Assembly (NCBI GenBank): GCA_963762255.1
Contig: CAVXKA010000003.1
Coordinates: 32,001-96,000, forward strand
DNA length: 64,000 nt
Direction: 5' to 3'
DNA from: Candidatus Eiseniibacteriota bacterium
Lineage (GTDB): Bacteria > Eisenbacteria > RBG-16-71-46 > JABDJR01
Shown here: positions 19,605-29,652 of the stretch, one piece after another
Layout of the letters: every line of letters begins with the position of its first letter
How positions within the stretch are numbered: position 1 is the first letter of the stretch
The notes under the pieces: generated by a model
The model's input: the letters and a program-made list of their open reading frames with translations, nothing else
Databases searched by the model: none
Told to the model about the DNA's origin: nothing
Program-made: the position numbers and the translations under genes

Positions 19605-20255
19605 ATGAACCACTTCGAAAACCTGTTCATCGGCATCGCCGGCATGATCGGCGCCGGCAAGTCCACCCTCGCCACCTCCCTCGGCAAGCACCTCGGCATC
19701 GACGTGTACTACGAGCCGGTGGAGAACAACGAGTACCTGGAGGACTTCTACCGCGACACCAAGCGGTATTCCTTCGCCACCCAGATCTACCTCCTCAACA
19801 AGCGATTCCAGCAGCACCAGGAAATCATCTGGCGCAAGCGTCCCGCGGTGCAGGACCGCACGATCTACGAGGACTCGGTGTTCGCTAAGATGCTGGCCGA
19901 GACCGGGCTCATGGAGGAGAGGGACTACCGCACCTACGTCGAGCTGTTCCAGAACATGAGCAACTTCATGCGCAAGCCCAACGTGATCGTCTACCTGGAC
20001 GTGTCGCCGGCGCGGTCGATGGAGCGCATCAAGGCGCGGTCGCGTGGCGTGGAGAGCGGCATCACGCTCGACTACCTTCACGCTCTCCACCAGGGATACG
20101 AGGACTTCATCGCCGAGATCTCGCGCGTCATCCCGGTAATCCGCGTGGACTACGACCGGTTCGCCACCGCGGAGGAGATGACCGAGGTGATCACCCGGGA
20201 CTACCTCAAGCAGAGCTTTCTGCGCGAGGCGACGCGCTTCGATCCGGTTCGGTGA
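19605..20255 (+). CDS. Deoxynucleoside kinase (dAK/dGK family)
   Basis: GMIGAGKST P-loop, QDRTIYED and lid ERIKARSR. Confidence 0.92.
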   Translation: MNHFENLFIGIAGMIGAGKSTLATSLGKHLGIDVYYEPVENNEYLEDFYRDTKRYSFATQIYLLNKRFQQHQEIIWRKRPAVQDRTIYEDSVFAKMLAETGLMEERDYRTYVELFQNMSNFMRKPNVIVYLDVSPARSMERIKARSRGVESGITLDYLHALHQGYEDFIAEISRVIPVIRVDYDRFATAEEMTEVITRDYLKQSFLREATRFDPVR

Positions 20256-20296
20256 CGGTGTATACTCCTGTCATCTCCCATGCGACGAGGTGGTGT

Positions 20297-20851
20297 ATGC
20301 GCTTGCTTGCTCTGGTGGTCGTGGTGGTGGTCCTTGCGGTCGTGGCGGCGCCGTGTCAGGCAGCCGGGTTCCGGATCGAGGCCGAGTCGTTCATCGATGC
20401 CAACGACCTCGGCGGCACTCAGATTGTTGTTGTTGGCTGCACCTACGCATCGGGCGGGGTGGCGGTCGGGGGGCTCGACGGCCCGGGCGAGTGGATCGAG
20501 TTCCGCCTCGAACTCTCCTCCACGACCACCTTCGTCGACTCCCTCCGCAGTGCAGGTCTCGTCGGCGAGGTCCGCCACTTCAGCGTCCTCTTCCTGAGCG
20601 GAGGCGATCCCGTCGGAGCCCCCGGCGACACCGTCACAAGCGGGCCGGGTTTAGGATTCAGTTGAAGGTACTCCAATTACGACTGGGTCCAGTCGTCCCG
20701 AGTCCACACCCTCCCCGCCGGCTCCTACTCCGTCCGCGTCACCTGCCTCGACACGAGCTCCTCGCGCGTTGATTGCCTGGACTTCTCAACCAATCCGGTG
20801 GCCGTCGAGCCCGCGACCTGGGGAAGGATCAAGACCTTCTACCTGCCCTAG
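20297..20851 (+). CDS. Secreted CBM6/35-like beta-sandwich protein with in-frame TGA (20663-20665), putative selenoprotein of 184 aa with Sec123
   Basis: Signal peptide, IEAE and GEWIEF motifs. After the TGA the frame stays open for 61 codons (RYSNYDWVQ...LPAGSYSVRV...VDCLDF...VAVEPATWGRIKTFYLP) to TAG 20851. A SECIS-like hairpin follows and selC is in the window. Confidence 0.8.
20666..20705 (+). promoter_or_regulatory. Bacterial SECIS-like element
   Basis: Apical hairpin ACGACTG-GGTC-CAGTCGT (20679-20696) with the loop starting GG 20 nt after the UGA. Lower stem GG(T)ACTC/GAGTCC. Confidence 0.75.
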
Positions 20852-20867
20852 CGCTCGCGCGCGGGCG

Positions 20868-21332
20868 CTACCAGCGATGGTAGGCGGGATGGCCGGGCTG
20901 CACGGAGACGAAGGTTCCCCGGCAGGTGGCGCACACGTCTCCGTCCGCCTCCACGCTCGCTTCCACCTCGGCGCGGTTCCCATCCACGGAAACAACGCGG
21001 GCCCGCAGCGTGAGCATGCGGTCGGAAGGTGTCGGCTTGCGGAGCTTGATCGCGTACTGCGCCGTCACCGTGCTCGGCAGATGGTCGAGGCCCTGCGTCT
21101 CCATGAGGCGTAGCGCCGCCGCCCAGTTGGAGTGGCAGTCCATAAGGGCGCCGATGATCCCGCCGTTGAGCGATCCAGGGAAAGCCTGATGATGCGGTTC
21201 CGGTTTCCACGTCGCCAGCAACTCCTCCCCGTGGAGGAAACTTCGAATGCGCAGCCCTTTCGGGTTGGCCGGGCCGCATCCGAAGCAGATGTTGTCGGGG
21301 GCGTAACGCTCCTGCACGCTTTGTTCGGTCAT
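20868..21332 (-). CDS. PaaI-family hotdog thioesterase
   Basis: CFGCGPANPKGL and HHQAFPGSLNGGIIGALMDCH motifs. Confidence 0.9.
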   Translation of the reverse strand: MTEQSVQERYAPDNICFGCGPANPKGLRIRSFLHGEELLATWKPEPHHQAFPGSLNGGIIGALMDCHSNWAAALRLMETQGLDHLPSTVTAQYAIKLRKPTPSDRMLTLRARVVSVDGNRAEVEASVEADGDVCATCRGTFVSVQPGHPAYHRW

Positions 21333-21386
21333 ACAACCTCCGGCGCACGAGTATAGTGCAGCGCGCAGGACTCGCTCAGGGCTTCC

Positions 21387-24267
21387 TCACGGAGCGGCCT
21401 CGGGGGCGCCGGGGAGCAGGAAAGAGAGGGTGGCCCCTCCGTCCTCAACGCCCTCGGCCCAGACCCTCCCCCCATGGCGGCGAACGATGCGTTGCACCAG
21501 GGCGAGGCCGATTCCGGTCCCTTCGAACTCCTCTTGAGAGTGCAGACGCTGGAAGACGCCGAAGAGTTTCTCGGCGTGGCGCATGTCGAATCCGATTCCG
21601 TTATCGCGCACGGTGTAGACCGTCCCATCTTTCTCCGCCCGAGCCCCGATCTCGATCACGCGCCGTTCCCGGGGTGCGCTGAACTTGAGTGCGTTGTCGA
21701 TGAGGTTGACCCAGACCTGTCGGATGAGGGTCGCGTCCGCCCACGCCTCGGGTATCTCTCCGAGCCGCAGTTCCACCGAGGGTTGCTCCGCCGGCGGGCA
21801 CAGCTCATGGAAGACCGAGTGGGCCAGCGTGCGCATGTCCACACGGTGCCGGTCGATCTCGTGTCGCCCAACGCGGGAAAGATCAAGCAGGCCGTCGATG
21901 AGACGCTGCATGCCGGCAGCGCTCTCGCTCACGATGCGGAGCAGCCGGCGGCCTTCCTCATCGAGCGCACCCTGGTGATCCTCGATGAGGATGCGGCTGA
22001 AGCCGTCGATGGCCCGCAGCGGGGCCCGCAGGTCATGGGAGACGGAGTAGCTGAAGGCCTCCAGCTCGTGGATGGAGGCGGCGAGTTCGGCCGTGCGCTC
22101 TTCCACGCGCCGCTCCAACTCCTGATTGAGGCGGCGGATTTCATTCTCCGCCCGCTTGCGGCGCCCGATATCGATGACGTAGGCCACCGAGCGCTCCCGC
22201 TCCGCCTCCAGGAGCGCAAACCCCAGTTGAACCCAGATCCTGCTTCCGTCTTTGCGTATGCACTCCTTCTCATAGGGGGCGCACACGCCCCGCAGCTTCG
22301 CCTGGGCGATCGCCTCATCGTCGAGCGCCAGATACTCCGGCGGGGTGATGTCCACCCACCGTATCCGCCCCTCCTCGAGGTCGGTGCGGGAATAGCCGAT
22401 GATGCGCAAGAACTCGTCGTTGGCCTCGAAGACCGAACCATGGATGTCGCCGAAAAGCATCCCAAGGGCCGAGGCACGGAAGAAGAGGTCCAGCTTCTCC
22501 TGGGCCTCATGGGCACGGCGCTCGGCGCGGTCACGCTCGGTGACATCCACCTGGAGCGTGAGGATACCGGTCACCTCGGCGCCCCGCTCCCGGAGGGGAG
22601 CCACGGTGAGAAGCACGTGGACGTCCCGCCCATCCTTGTGACGCCGAAGCTGCGGCAAGTTGATGAGAACCTCCCCACCCCATGCTCGCTCGAGCAGCTT
22701 TCGGAACGTTCCATCGTCCGCCTCCCGGACAACAGGGCAGGACTGTCCCACAACTTCCCCGGCTTCCCACCCGAACACGCGCGTCGCCGCGGGGTTCCAG
22801 AACACGACTCGGCCATCGCGGTTCAGGGTCACGATAGGGATCGGGGAAGACTCCACCATGGCCCCAAGCGCATCCGTCGTCGAGCGCAACGACTCCTCCG
22901 TCTGCCTGCGCAGGGTGATATCGCGCACCACGGAAACGATGTATTGCTCGCGGCCCTCCGCGACCAGGCGGGAACTCACTTCCACGGGGAAGTTCTCTCC
23001 GTCCCCCCGTCGGTGGGACGTCTCGAAGAGCGTCCAGCCGTGCTCGATGACGGTCTGCATCTGAATCCGACAAGCCGGTTGCTCGACTTCCGGGCAGAAA
23101 TCCTGCACCAAATTTCTCGTCATCAATCGTTCGGCGGGTTCGCCGTACAGCTCTTCCGCCCGCAGGTTGAGACGGAGGATGGTGCCCTCCAGGTCCGTGA
23201 CGAGGATGGCATCGTGCGTCTGCTCGAGTAGCCGGGTCAGCCGGGCTTCCCGCGCCCCCAGGGAAGCCGCCCGCAGGCGGCGCCGGCGCGCGCTGAGGCT
23301 CGCGGTCGTCATCGAGAAGACCATCGCCACCGCCGTCCAGGCCAGGACCGCGAGCCAGGCGACTCGAATCGGGGAGCGCAGCACTTCTTCCCGGTCGACC
23401 TTGATTACGACTTGCCATGGGACGAAAGGAAGGCGAGAGACGGCAACGAGGAGCGGCGCGCCACCGTCGTCCCTCGCCTCCGATGTGCCCTCGGGAAACG
23501 CGGCGGTGGCGGAGCCTTCCCCGGGCATCGCGCACCGCCCGGCGCGGTGTGAGCCCTGCGGAAGTGCCCCCGGGCGATAGCGAGAAATACTGCACGCTGT
23601 CCGATAGAATTCGGGCGAAGAGGAACTCCTCGCTGCGGAACGACCATGGCCGCCGGTTGAGAAACGGCGTCAGCCACCTCCGCACGTCCATCTCCGCCAG
23701 CACCCATCCCCACGGCGGTCTGCCGGTCGATGTCGACTCGGGGACGGCGAACAGGAAGACGGTCTCGCCAGATGCGTCGGCGTGAAGCCCGCTGAATGGA
23801 GCGTTCGCGTCCATGGCGCTCCGTAGGTCCTCTCGGCACCCGGGTTCCAGTTCGGCGGAAGCAGGGCTCGCGAAGCGGGGTTCTCCGGCAGAGCCGATGA
23901 GGAAGATCCGGGAAAGCCCTTGGAGGCCCCTCAGGCGGTCCAGCACCACCGCAAGGTGTTCCTCGCTCCCCTCGCCATGCAGCGGGGGCGGGGGCGCCCC
24001 CGCGAGGATCGCCTTCACGGAGGGGAAGGACGCGATAGTGGCCACGTCGCCCAGCGCATCCTCGGTGATTAGATCCACCGACTCGGAAACCGCGGCCGCA
24101 TGTTCGAGGAGCTCCTGGCGCCAGTGGGCGAGCGCGTCGGCGCGAGCGTGAGGCACGTACCATGCTGCCCCGAGCAGCGCGACCGAAGCGGGTAGGCCCA
24201 GGGCCAGCAGGAACTCCCGCAGTCCCGAGCGGCCAAGAAAAATCCATGCTCGGGCGGTTCGTTTCAT
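21387..24267 (-). CDS. Membrane sensor histidine kinase with Cache-like domain and three PAS domains (frameshift at ~23540)
   Basis: H-box FSYSVSHDLRAPLR, NLIDNALKF, DNGIGF and GTGIGL. The N-terminus lies in ORF 22531..24360. Confidence 0.88.
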
Positions 24268-24455
24268 GGTCCCGTCCTCCCCACAGGGCGGCGCACCCGC
24301 GGTCCCACACTCGCATCCACCCGGGCCGGGGGTCCCGTCCCGCTTGATTGTGACAGTCATTTTTGATCGCGGCGCGCAAGAGTGCTAGCCTATATGTTCC
24401 GGGCCGGCCCCCGGCCGGACCCGGGGATTCCCCACCTCACCACGGGGAGGGCTCC

Positions 24456-25604
24456 ATGCATGGCCACGTTTTGATCGTGGATGACGAGAAGGATCTCGCC
24501 GCCTGGATGGCCGAGGTCCTGGGCGGAGCGGGCCTGGAAGCTAATCCCGTGTCAGAGGCGACGGAGGCGATGGATCGCGTCCGGAGCGGAGGATACGACG
24601 TCGTCGTCTCGGACATCATGATGCCCGATATGGACGGGATCCAGCTTCTCTCGGCGGTCCGCGCTTTCGACCCGGATCTCCCGGTCATCCTCGTCACCGG
24701 CAAACCCACGCTCGATTCCGCGATCCAAGCCCTCGATCTGGGCGCGGTTCAGTATCTGCTCAAGCCGGTCTCGGCTGACGAACTGGAAGCGTCTGTGGCC
24801 CGCGCCTTGCGCATGCGCCTCCTGGCCAAGGTTCGCCGGGACGCACTCGGCTACATGGCGCGCCATCGGCGGGCCGGCGGCCGGCGGCTCGCCCTGTCTG
24901 CTGCGTTCGACCGCGCGATGAGCACGCTCTGGATCGCCTACCAGCCCATCCTGCGCGCCGAGGACCGATCCGTTTACGGCTATGAGGCGCTCCTGCGCAG
25001 CGAGGAGGAAGACCTCCTCCGGCCCTCACCCTTGCTCGATGCGGCCGAAAAACTCGGCAGAATACCCGAGCTTGGCCGGGTGGTGCGGAACACGGTGGCG
25101 ACGGCCATCGCGGCGGGCGCCGTGGGGGAGACGGCCTTCGTGAACATCCACGCTCTCGACCTTCTCGACGAGCACCTGGCTTCCCCGACGTCTCCCCTCT
25201 CCGCTCACGCCGGACACGTCGTCCTGGAGATCACCGAGCGGGCCTCGCTGGATGAGATCCCCAACGCGAGGGCTCGCGTGAGGGCACTGCGAGCCCTCGG
25301 GTACCGCATTGCGGTCGACGATCTCGGAGCCGGCCACGCGGGTCTGTCCAGCTTCGTCGCCCTGGAACCCGACGTCGTCAAGCTCGACGCCTCGCTGGTG
25401 CGCGGCGTCAACGCCCAGCCCATGAAGCAGAAGCTTCTCCGCTCCATGGCCGAGTTGGGCCGGGACCTGGGGATCCTCACCGTAGCCGAAGGCATTGAGA
25501 CCGCGGAGGAGTGCGACGCGGTGCGGATGCTGGGTTGCGATCTCCTTCAGGGGTTTTTCCTCGGACTTCCGGAGAGCCGACGCGCCGGAGTCGTCGCAGG
25601 CTAG
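24456..25604 (+). CDS. REC-EAL response regulator (c-di-GMP phosphodiesterase)
   Basis: LIVDD...SDIMMP receiver, then YEALLR, LEITE, DDLGAG, AEGIET and LLQGF. Confidence 0.9.
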   Translation: MHGHVLIVDDEKDLAAWMAEVLGGAGLEANPVSEATEAMDRVRSGGYDVVVSDIMMPDMDGIQLLSAVRAFDPDLPVILVTGKPTLDSAIQALDLGAVQYLLKPVSADELEASVARALRMRLLAKVRRDALGYMARHRRAGGRRLALSAAFDRAMSTLWIAYQPILRAEDRSVYGYEALLRSEEEDLLRPSPLLDAAEKLGRIPELGRVVRNTVATAIAAGAVGETAFVNIHALDLLDEHLASPTSPLSAHAGHVVLEITERASLDEIPNARARVRALRALGYRIAVDDLGAGHAGLSSFVALEPDVVKLDASLVRGVNAQPMKQKLLRSMAELGRDLGILTVAEGIETAEECDAVRMLGCDLLQGFFLGLPESRRAGVVAG

Positions 25605-27536
25605 GACGCCATCGCCTTTCGGACGGCCTGGAGCAGAGCGGTTTCGGTGAAGGGCTTGAGCAGCAGCCGCACCTCTGGCTCCAGGACTCCTCGGCGCACG
25701 AGGGCTTCGTCGGTGTATCCGGAGATGAAGAGGACTTTGACCCCGGGATAGTGACGTCGAAGGACCCGCACGAAGTCGGGGCCGCTCATCCCCGGCATGA
25801 TGACGTCGCTGATGACCAGGTCCACCATGGTCCCGTGGGCCGCCGCGACTTCGAGGGCGCCGATCCCGGTCGGTGCGACACGAACCGAGTACCCACGACC
25901 GGTGAGGAGTTCGCGGACGAGGTCACGAAGGGTATCGTCATCCTCCACGAGAAGGATGGTCTCCCCCTTCCCCGAAGGAATGTCCTCCCCCACCGTCGAT
26001 TCCGGAGGCGCTGACCGGCTCGTCCACCCTGGGGAAGCAGACCTTGAAGGTCGTGCCGATCCCCTCCCGGCTGTCGACCCAGATGTGCCCCCCGCTTTGA
26101 TTCACGATCCCATAGACGGTGGCCAGGCCGAGGCCGGTCCCCTTGCCGATCCCCTTGGTCGTGAAGAACGGCTCGAACATGTGTGCCTGGATCTCCGGGA
26201 CCATCCCGCAGCCGGTGTCCGTGATCGAGATCGAGACATAGGGTCCGGGTGCGACCTCCTCATGAGCGGCATCGTGACCGCCGAGGAGATCCACGTCCGC
26301 AAGCTCGATGGTGAGCGCGCCCCCGTCCGGCATCGCGTCCTTGGAGTTGACCGCTAGGTTCATGAGGACCTGCTCGACTTGGCCGGGATCCGCCTTGATC
26401 CTGCCCACCTGGGCCGGGCTGACCACGCTGAACAGGATGTCCTCGCCGATGAGCCGCCTCAACATCTTCTCCAGGTCGGCCACGAGGACGGAGAGGTCCA
26501 CGACCCGGGGCTCCAGGATCTGCCGCCGGCTGAACGCCAGAAGCTGGCGCGTAAGGTCCGCGGCGCGACGCGATGCTTTGAGGATCTGCTCGACCCTCTC
26601 CCGCACCTTCGGATCCTCGCTCTCCGCGCGAAGCAACAATTCGGCGTAGCCATGAATCACATTGAGCAAGTTATTGAAATCATGGGCCACGCCGCCCGCG
26701 AGCCTGCCCACCGACTCCAGCTTTTGAGCCTGAATGAGTTGCTCCTGCGTCCTCCGATGCTCGGCTTCCGCCAACTTGCGCTCGGTGATGTCCTCCTTGA
26801 TGGCCAGGAAGTGGGTGATGCGCCCGCCGGGATCCCGGATGGCGCTGATGGCCGCGCTCTCCCAGTACAATTCTCCCGACTTCTTTCGGTTCTGGAACTC
26901 CCCCCTCCATTCAAACCCCGCGGTGATCGTCTCCCACAGGTGCCGGTACTCCCCCGGCAGGGTCGTGCCGGACTTGAGGATGCGCGGGTTCTTTCCCTGC
27001 ACCTCGTTGCGCCGGTAGCCCGACACTTGCGTGAACTTCGGGTTCACGTACTCGATCTGCCCCTCGGCGTCGGTGACGATGATGGAGGCCGGACTCTGCT
27101 CGACCGCCCGCGAGAGCTTGCGCAACTCCTCCTCGACGCGGAGCTTCTGCTCCAGGATGCGCCCTCGCTCCAGGGCCCCGATCACGGCGGGGACCAGTCG
27201 AGCGATGTGCTCCTTGAGCACGTAATCGAAGGCTCCTGCCTTCATGCACTCCACCGCGGTCTCCTCGTTCATGGAGCCGGTAACGACGATGAAGGGGATG
27301 AGAGGCGCTCGCTCCTGCGCGATGCGCAGTGCGGAGAGCCCGTCGAAGGTAGGGAGCCGGAAGTCGGATAGGATGAGTTCGGGCCGAAATTCTTCAATGG
27401 CAGCGAGGAAGGCGTCTTCGGTATCCACCAGCAGCGAGACGAATTCGAACCCTCCACGCTTGAGTTCGCGCTCCATCAACTCCGCGTCGGTGGGCAGATC
27501 CTCGATGATGAGGATCCTCAGGTGCTTCGGCGTCAT
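25601..27536 (-). CDS. Hybrid histidine kinase REC-PAS-HisKA-HATPase-REC (frameshift at ~26000)
   Basis: [11 protein letters not shown] and FEPFFTTKG...GTGLGL. The final receiver domain lies in ORF 25601..25993. Confidence 0.9.
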
Positions 27537-27693
27537 CGGTCCGCGACACGAGTCATCCGGGTCTCCTCAACCGCGGCGGGTTCCGAGTCCGGGCGCGGCA
27601 ATGCCGGCCGCGATCACGCCCCCGGGGGATGGGGGCGGCGGCAGGCCCAGCCACTGCACTCTAGCCCCCTCCCCGCGCGCGAGCAAGCCCCGC

Positions 27694-29448
27694 TCATGGC
27701 TCCGGTTCATCCGGGGATCCCGCCGAGAGGTGGATCACCTGGAAATAGACCAAGTCCTCGGGTAGCCCGGGGATGGAGGCTCCGTCCGGAGGCGGGGCGC
27801 CCCGCAGCCGTGCGGCCGTCGCCTCCGCTTCAGCGAAGTACCGAGCGTAGTCATCCTTTCGGGAATCCGCCGACGGCTGCCCCGTCGGCCGTGCCGATGC
27901 CGCGAGCGCCTCGCGGATTCCGAATCTGGGTGTTTCCCCGCCGCACTCCTTTTCGTGGCACCAGGCCCCGGTTGCCATATCGAACCGGTAGAGCGGTAGG
28001 AACAGGTGCCCCACCTCCGCCAGGAACTCCACCGCCCGGCCGATGTAGTCCACGTCCTCGTCGTCCATACAGTAGTGCAACGATAACCGCACCCAGCCGG
28101 GTTTGATCCCCTGGCATCCGGCGTGGATCGCGTCGCGGTAGCGATGCGACTCCTCCGGGCCGATGTTCAGGAGTCGATGCCCGTACGGTCCCGCGCACGA
28201 GCATCCCGCGCGGGACTGAATGCCGAAGAGATCGTTGAGGAGCCGCGTCACCAGCTTGGGGTGGAGGTAGCGGTCCTTGTGGCGAAGATTGAACGAGACG
28301 ATTCCGATCCGCCGGTCGGGGTCGGGATTGCCGAGAACTTCGATCCCCGGGTGGCGCAGCAAGCGCTCCATCATCCGCCGCGTCAAGTCCCGCTCGCGGC
28401 CCTCGATGACGTCCTGCCCGATCGCTTCCTTGAGTTCGATGGCGAGCATGGCCTTGAGGAGTTGCAGCGTACCCGGCGTGCCCGGCTTTTCGCGGGTCTC
28501 GATGTCCGCCGTGTAATCCTGATCGTCTGGACCGACGTAGTCCACGGTGCCGCCGGATGCAAACGTGGGAGGGAGATCGTCGCGGTAGATACGACGGTTG
28601 AAGAGCAAGAGCCCGCTCGTGCCCGGCCCGCCCAGGAACTTGTGCGGCGAGAAGAACACGGCATCGAAGTAGGCTTCAGAGTCCCGATTCATGTCGATCG
28701 TGACGTAGGGCGCGCACGCGGCAAAGTCGAAGCAGGCCAGGGCGCCGTGGCGGTGCAAGATGCGCGCGGCATCGTAGACCGGGGTGCGCATGCCGGTGAC
28801 GTTGGAGGCCGCCGAGAGCGACCCGATCTTGAATCGTCCCTCGTACCTCGGATCGCCCGCCTTGCGATCGAGGTCGACCATGTCGAGGCCTCCGTCCGGA
28901 GCAAGACCGATCTCCACCACCTCGGCCAGCGACTCCCGCCACGACACTTCGTTCGAATGGTGCTCGTAGGGGCCCACGAACACGACCGGACGGCAAAGTC
29001 GGATGTGGGCCATGAACGAGCCGAAGGCGTCGACACCGGTGGTCTCGGCCTGCACCCGACCTTCGCGCTCCAGGAACGCGCGGGTAGCCGGCGGGATGTA
29101 CACCCCGAGGATCTCCTGCAAGCGCTTGATCGCGCCGGTGGCTCCCGTCCCCACCGCGATGATGCGGGTGTCGGCATCGCCGTTCACCGAGCGCTTGATC
29201 ACGTCCTCCGCGTGGTGGAGCATGCGAGTGGTGCTGCGGCCGGTGACATCGTCTTCCGTGTGGGTGTTGGCGTAGCTCTCCTGGATGCGGACGAGATGAT
29301 CCTCGATGAAGCGCACGCCACGCCCGGAGGCGGTGTAGTCGGCGTAAACCATCCGCCGTTCTCCGAACGGGGTCCGGAAACGGAAGTCGCAACCCAGGAT
29401 CTCCTCGCGGAGCCGATCGATGTCGAGCCGAGGCAGGGCAACGTCCAT
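27694..29448 (-). CDS. Class V aminotransferase (cysteine desulfurase/Sec lyase-like PLP enzyme)
   Basis: YADYTASGR, EHHSNE, SPHKFLGGPG (PLP lysine) and RAGCSCAGPY. Confidence 0.9.
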   Translation of the reverse strand: MDVALPRLDIDRLREEILGCDFRFRTPFGERRMVYADYTASGRGVRFIEDHLVRIQESYANTHTEDDVTGRSTTRMLHHAEDVIKRSVNGDADTRIIAVGTGATGAIKRLQEILGVYIPPATRAFLEREGRVQAETTGVDAFGSFMAHIRLCRPVVFVGPYEHHSNEVSWRESLAEVVEIGLAPDGGLDMVDLDRKAGDPRYEGRFKIGSLSAASNVTGMRTPVYDAARILHRHGALACFDFAACAPYVTIDMNRDSEAYFDAVFFSPHKFLGGPGTSGLLLFNRRIYRDDLPPTFASGGTVDYVGPDDQDYTADIETREKPGTPGTLQLLKAMLAIELKEAIGQDVIEGRERDLTRRMMERLLRHPGIEVLGNPDPDRRIGIVSFNLRHKDRYLHPKLVTRLLNDLFGIQSRAGCSCAGPYGHRLLNIGPEESHRYRDAIHAGCQGIKPGWVRLSLHYCMDDEDVDYIGRAVEFLAEVGHLFLPLYRFDMATGAWCHEKECGGETPRFGIREALAASARPTGQPSADSRKDDYARYFAEAEATAARLRGAPPPDGASIPGLPEDLVYFQVIHLSAGSPDEPEP

Positions 29449-29652
29449 GCGTGGTGTCCTCCGAGACCGCGCAGAGAATACCCGCACCGCGGGAATCAGG
29501 CCACACCACCGCACCGGCCGCCGCGGCACCACCTGGTTGCCTCACGACCCGGGCCCGGTTACGGTTATGCTCCTCGGTCGGTCCCGAGGGCCCGATTCCG
29601 CCGGCGATCGCGCGAGGGTCGCCGTACCCCCTTGCATGGAGGAGGCAACGCT

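Noticed and set aside
28123-29652. N-terminal extension of the 928-aa ORF as a fusion to the monooxygenase
   Set aside because: It is antisense to the class V aminotransferase. The real start is GTG 29653 after SD GGAGG.
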